Source: an uncultured delta proteobacterium
GTDB taxonomy: Bacteria > Desulfobacterota > Binatia > Binatales > Binataceae
Direction: 5' to 3'
DNA: 64,000 nucleotides
Assembly: GCA_963789835.1 (NCBI GenBank)
Contig: CAWBMF010000006.1
Location: 73,491-137,490, forward strand
This document shows, one piece after another, positions 17,773 through 27,153 of this stretch (its first letter is position 1; every line of letters starts with the position of its first letter). A program made the position numbers and the translations under genes. Below the pieces are notes generated by a model that saw only the letters and a list, made by a program, of their open reading frames with translations, made no database searches and was not told the DNA's origin.

Positions 17773-19080
17773 ATGGCCGATCCGCTTAGCTTCGATGCGC
17801 TGGCGAGCAGCGAGCATGTGCTGTCCAGCGCGGAAAACTTCGTCCTCTACGTCCTGCTCGAAGCGGTCGCCCGCGGTGCGGGTGGTCCGGGGGGAGGCAG
17901 CCGCCTGCCGCTTAATCTCGGCGTCGTGATCGATCGATCGGGATCGATGTACGACGAGCGGCGGCTGGAATTCGTCGTCGAAGCGGTCAAATTCCTGGCA
18001 GACAACCTGACCGCCGACGACAAGATTTCAATCGTCGCGTTCGCCGACAAGGCCAAGGTGCTGATAACGCCGGAGGCGGCGCGCGACAAGAGCGCGATCA
18101 AGCGCGCGATCGACGATATCGATCTGCTGGAAATCGGCGGCGGCACGCAGATGGCGCTCGGGATGCGCGCGGCGATCGACGAGGTCAAGAAGAATCTGAG
18201 TCCCGATCGGCTGAATCGCGTGCTGGTGCTCACCGACGGACAGACCTACGAAGAGACGGCGTGTATCGAGCTGGCCGAGAAGAACCGCGACCAGATTTCG
18301 TTCTCGACGATGGGCGTCGGAGTCGAGTTCAACGAGAAGCTGCTGCAGCGGATCGCGCAGGACTCGAACGGCAAATATCATTTCATCGGCGACCCGGCCG
18401 AGATTCCGCAGATTTTCGAAGACGAGCTCGAGGGCCTGCGCTCGGTTAGCGTGCGTAATGGGCGAATCGAGGTGACGCTGTCGCAGGGCGTGCAGGTGCG
18501 CGAGGCCTTTCGCGCGTCGCCGGAAATTTACGTGCTCGGCACGCCGCTGGTCGGCGAGGATCGCAAAATCGGCTACGAGATTGGCGACTTGCAGGCCGGC
18601 GTGCCCGGCTCGGTGCTGCTGACGCTGGTGCTGCCGCCGCGCAAGCCGGGGCAGGTCAGAATTCTGCAGAGCAATTTCCATTACGAAGTGCCGGGCGGCG
18701 CCGAAGGAACTGTCGCGTGCGATCTGACGGTCGATTACACGCTCGATCGCACGCTGACCAGCAAGCGCAACGGGCGCGTGATGAACCTGGTCGACCAGGT
18801 CTCGATCGCCAAGCTGCAATCGAAGGCGGAAGAGGAGCTGAAGGCGGGCAACGTCGATCGCGCGACCCGGCTGCTCGGCAATGCGCTGCAGGGCACGCAG
18901 CGGATGGGCAACGTCAAGGCGACGCAGGCGCTGTCGGGTCTGATCGATCAGATCAAGAAGACGCAGACGCTGCAGACCAAGGCGGCGAAGACCACGCTGC
19001 TGCAGGCGCAGGCGGTCGTGCGCAAGACGCAGATGCTCGATCCCGAAGCGTTGAAGGATTTCCAGAAGCCGGGTGATTAA
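17773..19080 (+). CDS. von Willebrand factor type A (vWA) domain protein with intact MIDAS and Q/T/K-rich helical tail
   Basis: GGGAGA SD. MIDAS residues DRSGSM ... GGGTQM ... LTDGQ. The C-terminal 200 aa are not recognised and end in KATQALSGLIDQIKKTQTLQTKAAKTTLLQAQ. Confidence 0.9.
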   Translation: MADPLSFDALASSEHVLSSAENFVLYVLLEAVARGAGGPGGGSRLPLNLGVVIDRSGSMYDERRLEFVVEAVKFLADNLTADDKISIVAFADKAKVLITPEAARDKSAIKRAIDDIDLLEIGGGTQMALGMRAAIDEVKKNLSPDRLNRVLVLTDGQTYEETACIELAEKNRDQISFSTMGVGVEFNEKLLQRIAQDSNGKYHFIGDPAEIPQIFEDELEGLRSVSVRNGRIEVTLSQGVQVREAFRASPEIYVLGTPLVGEDRKIGYEIGDLQAGVPGSVLLTLVLPPRKPGQVRILQSNFHYEVPGGAEGTVACDLTVDYTLDRTLTSKRNGRVMNLVDQVSIAKLQSKAEEELKAGNVDRATRLLGNALQGTQRMGNVKATQALSGLIDQIKKTQTLQTKAAKTTLLQAQAVVRKTQMLDPEALKDFQKPGD

Positions 19081-19145
19081 ATTTTTTACGACATGAAGAT
19101 ATTTGCAGTGACAACACTTCGAACTTACCTGCGAGGACTTAGACC

Positions 19146-19794
19146 ATGATCAAATGCGGCGAATGCGGCTACGAAAATATGGACGGACTTGACTACTGCG
19201 ACGGATGCGGCGCGAAGCTCGCCGCCGCCGCTCCTGGCGCAGCGCCGGCCGCCGAGGCGCCCCCCGCGGCAGCTCCCGAAACAGCTCCGGCACCGGCAGC
19301 AGCTCCCGCTGAAACCGCATCGGCAGACGGAGCGCCGGCTCCGAGCGCCGAAGCGCCCGCGGCTGGAACTACCCAAGTCGGAAGCGCCTACCGGTGAGAT
19401 CAAGCCTGAGGCGGCGCCCGAGAGCGCGCCCGCAGCAGTCGCTGCCGGAGCACCGTTCAAGGCGAAGCTGTCTGTCGTTCGCGGCGGCCGCAAGGGACAG
19501 GAATTTCCGCTCGAAGACGGCAACAATCTGATTGGCAGATGGGATCCGGAGACGGGATCGTTTCCGGAAGTGGATCTCGACGCCGACGATCCCGAAGCGA
19601 AGATCTCGCGCAAGCATGCGTTGATTCGAATCGACGCCGGCAAGATCACGATCGAGGATATCGGCAGTCTCAACGGCACCTACGTGAATCGTCAGCCGCG
19701 GCTTTCGCCGGGGAGTCCCGCCGAAATCAAGTCGGGCGACGAAGTGATCATCGGGAAAACGTTCTTAAAGCTGGTGGTAGAACCGATATCTTGA
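19146..19794 (+). CDS. zinc-ribbon + Pro/Ala linker + FHA domain protein (apparent frameshift near 19355-19385)
   Basis: MIKCGECGYENMDGLDYCDGCGAKL (CxxC..CxxC) in track ORF 19146..19397. FHA NLIGRWDPE...ISRKHALIRIDAGKITIEDIGSLNGTYVN in track ORF 19189..19794, which has no credible start codon of its own. Confidence 0.8.
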
Positions 19795-19865
19795 CCGCTA
19801 TCCCTCCAGGCGCGCCCGGAAGTACGCGCGTGCGCGGAAGTTGAGGAGGGCCTTAGACAATCGCC

Positions 19866-21621
19866 ATGAATGCGGGTGAGGAGCTCACCGAGGGCCATCT
19901 GCTCGACGGTCGATACCGTGTCAAAAAGGTAATCGGCGTGGGCGGGATGGGACGCGTGTACCTGTCCAACGACACGCGGCTGGCGAACCGGCCGGTGGCG
20001 GTCAAGGAGATGATCGTCGGCGACGGGATCCAGGAGAAGAAGGCCGTCGAGGATTTCACGCGCGAGGCCAACGTGCTCGCGCGCCTGTCGCATCCGGGGA
20101 TACCGACGCTGATCGATCACTTCGCCGAGAACTCGCGGCAATACCTGGTGATGGAATTTGTCGCGGGCGGCGATTTGCAGGGCGTGCTCGACAAGCTGGG
20201 GCCCAAGGGCAAAGTCGCCGAGGACAAGGTGCTGCGCTGGGCGCGGCAGATGCTCGAGGTGCTCGAGTTCCTGCATGCGCAGAAGCCGCCGATAATTTAT
20301 CGCGACCTGAAGCCCGGCAATATCATGATCGACAAGGACGGGCGCGCGATGCTGATTGATTTCGGAATCGCGCGCTTCCTGCCGCCGGGCGGACGCGGCA
20401 CGCAAATCGGTTCGGTCGGCTACGCGCCGCCCGAGCAATACATGGGCAAGGTCGAGCCGCGATCGGATTTATATTCGCTGGCCGCCACCATGCATCATCT
20501 GCTGACCGGGCGCGACCCGCAGCTCGAGCCGCCGTTCAGCTTTCCTCCGCTGCGCGCGCTGGCGCCGGAAGTGTCGGTCAAGACGGCCGACGCGATCATG
20601 CGGGCGCTCGAGCAGGACGTGACCAAGCGGCCGGCGTCGGCAAAAGAATTCAAGCGCGCTCTTCCGGAGCCGCCGCCGGATAATCGGTCGGGGCAATTGG
20701 GGAGCGCGGGACTGGCAGGCTCGTCGAGTCCGATGTCGACGCAAGCGACGGTGGTGTTGAACAGCGAGCCGGAGCCGCCGCCGGCGCCACTCCGAACGAT
20801 GACGCCGTGGAAGCAGGAGGTGCCGTCGAAGCCGGCGGCGTCATCCAAACCTGCGACGGCATCCAAGCCTGCGGCGTCATCAAAGCCTGCGGCGCCGGCG
20901 TCGTCGATGCCGACGATCGTGTTGAGCGAGCCGGTCGCGGCGGCGGACAGAATCAAGAGCCGGCAGCGCGGCGGCCAAGATAGCGCCGCAGATCAAACGC
21001 GCGATGGAGCTGACGGGCCGCGCGCGCAGCATGATCGAGCGCGGGCTCAAGGCGGGGATGTCGTCGATCGCGTCGCCGAGTGCGTCGTCGACGGCCAAGA
21101 CGCAGGAGCTGAAGCCGGCGGTGGCGGCCTCGTCGTACCGGTCGCACCTCGGCTTGACCGACGACTCCGAAAAGGCGGACACGAAATCGCGGACGGGGTC
21201 GCGGGTGTCTTCGTCGCGCACTTATAAGCCGCCGATTTCGAGCGGCGCGCGTTCCGGCGCGAGCAGCAGCAACAACAACCATCGCCCCGACGCGTCGGTC
21301 GCGCCGGCCAGGCTGGTCTCGCGCGGCGACGAGATCGAGTTCGGCATTTTCGGGATGCGCACGATTATCGGACGATCGCTCGACGGGACCGACAAGCTCG
21401 ATATCGATCTGAAGAAGATCGCGCAGAACGGCGATCGAGTGTCGCGGCGGCATGCGGAGATCGTGCTGCGCGGCTCGGACTACTATATCCGCGATCTCGG
21501 CAGCCTGAACGGCACCTATATCGCGGGGCTCGGCAAGCTCGGGCGCGACCAACTCTACAAATTGAAGGATCGCGACCAGGTGGTGCTTGGTGGTGCTATA
21601 TTGCAGTTTCGGAGAGGCTAG
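19866..21621 (+). CDS. Ser/Thr protein kinase fused to C-terminal FHA domain (apparent frameshift in 20926-21000)
   Basis: GVGGMGRVY, VAVKEM, IIYRDLKPGNIM, DFGIAR, GSVGYAPPE. Then a KPAASS-repeat linker. FHA IIGRSLDG...VSRRHAEIVLRGSDYYIRDLGSLNGTYI in track ORF 21004..21621. The tail of 19866..21227 is out-of-frame junk. Confidence 0.85.
20829..20900 (+). repeat. 4 x 18-bp coding tandem repeat (KPAASS units) in the kinase-FHA linker
   Basis: aagccggcggcgtcatcc / aaacctgcgacggcatcc / aagcctgcggcgtcatca / aagcctgcggcgccggcg encode KPAASS KPATAS KPAASS KPAAPA. Confidence 0.8.
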
Positions 21622-21627
21622 CGGCGC

Positions 21628-23683
21628 ATGATCACGTGTCCCGAATGCGGCCAGGAGGCGCCCGACGACGCCAAGTTTTGCGATCGATGCGGCCAGGGGC
21701 TGTCGAAAGCGGCTTCCTCGGTGGCGAATTACACGCCGACGCGGCCGACGCCGTTGACGGCGGGCGCGCAGCTGAAGGGCGGAATCGAGATCGTCGCGCT
21801 GACGAGTCAGACCTCGATTGAAAATCGCTACAGCGCGAAGCGGGTGCGCGACGGCAAGACCGAATCGATCGCATTGCGCGAGCGGCTGGGGCCGAATCCG
21901 GCAGAAGACGTCGTCGAAGAAGCGCCGATAGTCGAGGCGCCCAAGCCGGCGCCGGCTGCGCGTGTCGAAGATCCCAACGGGCCGAGCGCGAAGACGGCGG
22001 AGCTGAAACCGCCGGCGGCGCAGACCAACGGGACCGCCTCGCCGCCGCAGACGCACGCCGCGAGTGCGCCGGTCGCGGCGTCGGCGAGCGCGGAGTCGTC
22101 GGGCGGCGAGGGAATCCAGTCAGCGGTCGAGGCCGCAGGCGAGTCCCGCGGCGATCGAGGAAGCTGCGGAAGAAGCGTCGCCGGATGAAGCGAGCGAGGC
22201 GGCCGAGGCCGCCGTCGTCGCGGAAACCGAGCAAGCTCCAAGTAATAACGACGGCGCTGATGAAGATGCGCCGCCGATGGCCGGTGAGGATCTCGGCGAA
22301 GTGTTCGGGCGGGTGCTCGCGCTGTCGCAAACGATCAGTCATCCGGCGTTTCAGCGCGCGACCGAAGGGTTCGCCGAGAACGGGCGCGTGTACCTGGTCT
22401 ATGCCGACGAGGAACTTAAGCCGCTGCGGCGCGGTTCTTCTAAGATGAGCGAGCCGGAAGCGATAGCGAGCGCAATTCAGATCTGCCAGGCGATTTCGTT
22501 TGTGCATCGCCGGGCCCTGCGGCTCAACGACATCTGCCCCGAATCGATTGCGGTGGCGAAGGACGGCCGTCTCAAGCTGACGGGGCTCGATTACGTCAGC
22601 AACGACAACGAGCTGCAGAGCGAACCGATTTTCAACGACGGCTACACGGCGCCCGAGATTTATCGCGGCAAGAAAGTGGACAAGCGCGCCGATATTTTTT
22701 CCGCCGGCGCGATTCTCTACACGTGGCTGACGGGTGCGCGGATTCCCAGCGAGAGCTGGCGCGAAGAGGCGGGGCTGGTGCAATTCTATCCGCCGCATGT
22801 GGTCGCGCCGCGGCTGGAGAAGGCGATTCGCCGCGCGATCGCGTTCAGTCCGGCCGACCGTTTTCATACGATCGACGAGTTCAAGGCCGAGCTGATTGCG
22901 CTTAGCGGAACTATCCGGCTGCGCGCGGCCGCGATGACCGACGTCGGCCGCGTGCGCGAGCATAACGAGGACTCGGTGCTGGCGGTCGAGTACGTGCGCG
23001 AGTCGCTGATCGAGCCGGCGCAGAGTCATTTGTTCGTCGTGGCGGACGGGATGGGCGGGGCGGAGGCGGGCGAAGTCGCTTCTGCAATTGCCGTCGAAAC
23101 AATCCGGAGTTATGTTGAGGGTCAGCTCGAAACCGCACGTGGAGAGGTTAAAAACGTGTCGGAGCTGCTGACGGGCGCGCTCGAAGAAGCCAATTCGAAG
23201 ATTATCGAGTATGTCGCGAGCCATCCGGAGTCGCGCGGAATGGGTTCGACCGGCGTGTGCGCGATCGTCACGCCCGCCGATGCCGCGGTGGCGTGGGTCG
23301 GAGACAGCCGCGGCTACCTGATGGAGGGCGCGGCGCTGCGCCAGGTGACGAAGGATCATTCACTGGTGGCGCGACTGGTCGAAATCGGGCAGATAACCGC
23401 CGAGGAAGCGCTGACGCATGAGCATAAGAACGTGATCACGCGATCGCTCGGCGCGCGCCAGAGCGGGCCGGCCGGAGCCGAGGCGATTGCGTCAAAGCTC
23501 AAGCGCGGAGACAAACTGCTGCTCTGCAGCGACGGGCTGACGGCGCATGTGATGGACAATCAGATCCGCGACATCCTGGGGCGCAATGCCGATCCGTTCG
23601 ACGCGGCGCGCGAGTTGATCGCCGCGGCCAACGCCGGCGGCGGTACCGATAACATTTCCGTGATTGTAGTGTATGCGAGCTAA
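21628..23683 (+). CDS. zinc-ribbon + degenerate (pseudo)kinase + PP2C phosphatase fusion (apparent frameshift near 22100-22150)
   Basis: MITCPECGQEAPDDAKFCDRCG. Kinase-like lobes with key residues replaced (IALRE for VAIKE, LNDICPES for YRDLKPGN, TGLDY for DFG) but YTAPEIY retained. PP2C motifs GRVREHNEDS, VADGMGG, CSDGLT, GGTDNISVIVV. Track ORFs 21628..22188 and 22064..23683. Confidence 0.85.
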
Positions 23684-23715
23684 GGCGGGAGCGACGCGCA
23701 AGTAAATATCGACGA

Positions 23716-26115
23716 ATGGCAACCTCGCCCAAAGATTCAGCGGCGCAGCAGACCGGACCGCTCGAGGCCGGCACTCTCCTGCAGGCGCGCTACAAAGTCG
23801 AGCGGCTGCTCGGCGGCGGCGGGATGGGGATGGTGTATCTCGCGCACGATCAGCGCCTGGCGAATCGTCCGTGCGCGATCAAAGAGATGGTCGATCATTT
23901 TATCGACCAGGCGCAGCGGATCGAGGCCAACGAATATTTCGCGCGCGAAGCCGACACGCTCGCGCAACTGAAGCATCAGGCAATTCCCGCGATCACCGAT
24001 CGCTTCGAGCTCGCCAATCGCCATTACCTGGTGATGGAGTACGTCGAGGGGCGCAACCTCGAGGAAGAACTGGCGGCGCGCGGCGAGCCTCTGCCCGAGG
24101 GGCTGGTGATCGATATCGCGCGCCAGTTGTGCGACGTGCTCGTGTACCTGCACGGGCTGGTGCCGCCGATAATCTACCGGGACATGAAGCCGTCGAACGT
24201 GATGCTCAATTCGAACGGGCGCGTCGTGCTGGTGGATTTCGGAATCGCGCGGCTGTTCAAGGCAGCGCGCAAGGGCACGATGATCGGCACGCTGGGCTTC
24301 GCGCCGCCGGAGCAGTACCAGGGATTGGTCGATCCGCGCAGCGATATTTATTCGCTCGGCGCGACGCTGCATTACGTGCTGACCGGGCGCGACCCGGAGA
24401 AATTTCCGCCGTTCAGCTTTCCGCCGGTGCGCGAGCTGCGGCCGGGAGTGTCGAGCAACCTGGCCGGCGCGATCGATGCGGCGCTCGCCTACGAGATGGA
24501 CGGGCGGCCGCCGCGAGTACAGGATTTCCGCGACATGATGCTCTACGGGCGCGGGCTCGCGGAGGACGGCGGGCGGGTGAGCTCGACCAGCGGCACGGGC
24601 GGGCTGTCGCAGCTCGATCAATCATTCGAATACGACGAGCCGCCGATCGCGTACAGCGAAGCCGCGCAGCCGGTGCGGCGATCGATCGGTTTGGTGATTT
24701 TCCTGATGATACTGGGCGGCGCCGCGTTCGGCGGCACGTACCTTTATTCCAGCCCGGAACTGCAGTTGCGGCTCGGGCTGAAGCCGCTGTTCGACGGACT
24801 GCCGTGGAAGCATGAGCAGTTGCTGGCCAAGGCGCGCGAGAATCCGCTCGAATTTTCACAGCTGACGCTGGCGCTTTCGACTCGCGAGGGTATCGCGCTG
24901 GGAGCGCCGCAAGCGCAATTCAAGGACACCGAACTGACCAACGCGCGCTACCTGAAGTGGACGGCGAGCTTCAAGAATCTGCTGGCGGGGCTGGAGGGGC
25001 GCGACGAAAAAGTCGAGGCGCGCTTTTTCGATCCGAACGGGCTGCAGATCGCGGTCAGCGACGTAAATGCTTTTATCGGGCCGGCGCAGACGACCGCCGA
25101 CTTCAGCGGAGTGGCGCTGATGCCGACGATGACCGATGAACCGCCCGGCACCTACAAGGTGGCGCTCTACTCGGGCGACAACCTGCTGCAGCAGGAAGGC
25201 TTCGTCGTCAACCAGGACACGAGCGCGAAGAATGCGGCGGCGGCAGCTGATGCGGCGGCCGCGGCGGCGGCGAAAGAGGAAGAGCGCAAGCGCGACGAGG
25301 AAGCGCGCAAGATAGCGATGATCGACGAGCGGCGCGCCAAGCCGTTGCAGCTTCGCAATATCAACTTTCTCAACACCACCAAGACGGGGACGGCGCTGTC
25401 GGGCGCGACCGACTCGTTCAACGTGTCGAAGGTGCTGTTCGTCGGCTGGCAGGTCAGCTTCCAAAACCGGCTGTACCAGCTGGAGCCGGGCCAGTACCGC
25501 GTCGATGCGGCGTATATCGGGCCGGACGGCCGCACGCTGGGCAGCGTCGACGACTATCAGCCGGTTTCGATGAGCATGAAGACGGTGACGTTCAGCGGAC
25601 GCGTCGGCAACTCGCACGGCGGAGCGTTTCTGCCGGGCATCTACACGGTCAACTTTTATTTGAACGGACAATATTTTAGCGCGAAGAAATTCGAGGTCAT
25701 CGCCGACGCGGGCGGCAATCCGTACGCGACGTATCCGGGCTCGAGCGGCGCGATTGGCAGCACGATGAGCGGCGGCAGTTCGGGGTCGGCGTCGTCGTCG
25801 GGCGGCGGCATGCTGGGGCCGGTGATCGCGACCGGCACTATCAGCGGGCTGCGCAGCGGCGGCAATCCCGAGATGGATCTGAGGCTGCGTCCGCAGCCCA
25901 ATGGATTTCTGCATGGCGAGCTGGTGATCCATCAGGCGGGCTTTGGGATGACGCCGATCGACGGCTACGTGCGCGGCGACCATCTGCAGTTCCAGGTCCC
26001 GTACGGCACCGAGACGTACTACTTCGAGGGCGAGCGGCGGAGCGATCAGATCAGCGGGACATTCGAATCGACGCCGTCGGGTGAGCGCGGCACCTGGGTC
26101 ACCCAGGCGAACTGA
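23716..26115 (+). CDS. receptor-type Ser/Thr protein kinase (kinase, one TM helix, about 450-aa extracytoplasmic region)
   Basis: GGGGMGMVY, CAIKEM, IIYRDMKPSNVM, DFGIAR, GTLGFAPPE. TM helix SIGLVIFLMILGGAAFGGTYLY. The ectodomain has two similar modules separated by an Ala/Glu/Lys-rich helix, plus a C-terminal small beta-domain. Confidence 0.92.
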   Translation: MATSPKDSAAQQTGPLEAGTLLQARYKVERLLGGGGMGMVYLAHDQRLANRPCAIKEMVDHFIDQAQRIEANEYFAREADTLAQLKHQAIPAITDRFELANRHYLVMEYVEGRNLEEELAARGEPLPEGLVIDIARQLCDVLVYLHGLVPPIIYRDMKPSNVMLNSNGRVVLVDFGIARLFKAARKGTMIGTLGFAPPEQYQGLVDPRSDIYSLGATLHYVLTGRDPEKFPPFSFPPVRELRPGVSSNLAGAIDAALAYEMDGRPPRVQDFRDMMLYGRGLAEDGGRVSSTSGTGGLSQLDQSFEYDEPPIAYSEAAQPVRRSIGLVIFLMILGGAAFGGTYLYSSPELQLRLGLKPLFDGLPWKHEQLLAKARENPLEFSQLTLALSTREGIALGAPQAQFKDTELTNARYLKWTASFKNLLAGLEGRDEKVEARFFDPNGLQIAVSDVNAFIGPAQTTADFSGVALMPTMTDEPPGTYKVALYSGDNLLQQEGFVVNQDTSAKNAAAAADAAAAAAAKEEERKRDEEARKIAMIDERRAKPLQLRNINFLNTTKTGTALSGATDSFNVSKVLFVGWQVSFQNRLYQLEPGQYRVDAAYIGPDGRTLGSVDDYQPVSMSMKTVTFSGRVGNSHGGAFLPGIYTVNFYLNGQYFSAKKFEVIADAGGNPYATYPGSSGAIGSTMSGGSSGSASSSGGGMLGPVIATGTISGLRSGGNPEMDLRLRPQPNGFLHGELVIHQAGFGMTPIDGYVRGDHLQFQVPYGTETYYFEGERRSDQISGTFESTPSGERGTWVTQAN

Positions 26116-26143
26116 TTCAGAAGGGAAAATCACTTCATTAAAT

Positions 26144-26209
26144 GTGAAACCCGCGGTGGGTTTTCACACTTCCTTCGGCAGGGGTGACCCCTGCACCCAG
26201 TGTTAAGAA
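26144..26209 (+). repeat. REP-A copy 11 (H1-H2 + tail)
   Basis: gtgaaacccgcggtgggttttcac acttccttc ggcaggggtgacccctgcacc cagtgttaagaa. Lies inside the signalling operon, between the receptor kinase and the membrane FHA gene. Confidence 0.9.
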
Positions 26210-26265
26210 ATTGTGCTTGAACCTGGACCTATGCGCGCGTAATGCTGAAGAGTGACACGTAAATC

Positions 26266-27135
26266 ATGGCGAGTAACGTCTCACAAGAAAAGCTTCTCTT
26301 CTACGCTGCTGCCGGTGCGCTCGGCGGTTTCGCCGCGTGGGGCGTGTCGGAGCCAATCCTGGGTATCCGCCAGGTTTACGCGCGCGACATTCTGTTCGGT
26401 GCGCTGATCGGCGCGCTCATCAGCGCGTTCCTCGCGTCGATCGAAACGCTGAGCGTCGGGCAGATGCGCCAGGCGGCGCGGCGATTCGTAGTCGGCGGTC
26501 TTATCGGCGCAGCGGGCGGAGCGTTGGGTTTGATTGTCGGCGAATTTGCGTTCGACCTGTTGGGCGGACTCAACGGCCGAATCCTCGGATGGAGCGTGCT
26601 CGGAATCGCGGTCGGGCTCGGCGTCGGATCGGCGTCGGGATCGGCGGCGCGGCGGCGCAATGGCGCAATCGGCGGCGTGCTCGGCGGTGCGCTCGGTGGA
26701 TTTTTCTACCAGAGCCTGACGACCACCTTTCCGCAGGCGTTCGGGCGCGCGATCGCGATCATCATCCTCGGCGCGCTGATCGGATTCTTCATCGGGCTGG
26801 TCGGCGAGCTGCTCAAGCGCGGCTGGCTGATGGTCGTGCGCTCCCAGAGCCGCAATGCGCGCGAGGGCCGCGAATATCCGTTGATCAAGGGCGTGACGAT
26901 CATCGGACGCGCCGAGGAAAGCGATATCGGACTGTTCGGCGATCAGTCGGTGCTCGGCAGTCATGCGATCATCCGGCGCGAAGGCAAGAATTTCATAATC
27001 AGTCCGACCGGCGGCCAGATATTCGTGAATCGACAACCGGTCGCGGGCCGCTATGCGCTGAAGAGCGGCGATCGGCTCGAGGTGGGCGGCACGCTGTTTC
27101 TCTTCCGCGAGCGAGCCCAGGCGGCGCAGCGATAG
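26266..27135 (+). CDS. polytopic Gly-rich membrane protein with C-terminal FHA-like domain
   Basis: Several hydrophobic Gly/Ala-rich helices (AAGALGGFAAWGV, ILFGALIGALISAFLA, GGLIGAAGGALGLIVG, AIAIIILGALIGFFIGLVG). Then TIIGRAEESDIGLFGDQSVLGSHAIIRREGKNFII...FVNRQPV, FHA-like but lacking the S-x-NGT turn. Confidence 0.75.
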   Translation: MASNVSQEKLLFYAAAGALGGFAAWGVSEPILGIRQVYARDILFGALIGALISAFLASIETLSVGQMRQAARRFVVGGLIGAAGGALGLIVGEFAFDLLGGLNGRILGWSVLGIAVGLGVGSASGSAARRRNGAIGGVLGGALGGFFYQSLTTTFPQAFGRAIAIIILGALIGFFIGLVGELLKRGWLMVVRSQSRNAREGREYPLIKGVTIIGRAEESDIGLFGDQSVLGSHAIIRREGKNFIISPTGGQIFVNRQPVAGRYALKSGDRLEVGGTLFLFRERAQAAQR

Positions 27136-27153
27136 AGAGGGCTGAGCAGAATC

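Noticed and set aside
99-26209. Considered whether the recurring 20-100-bp REP-A units could be a CRISPR array.
   Set aside because: Copies are kilobases apart, occur in both orientations, have variable module content and are separated by ordinary genes. No cas genes are present.
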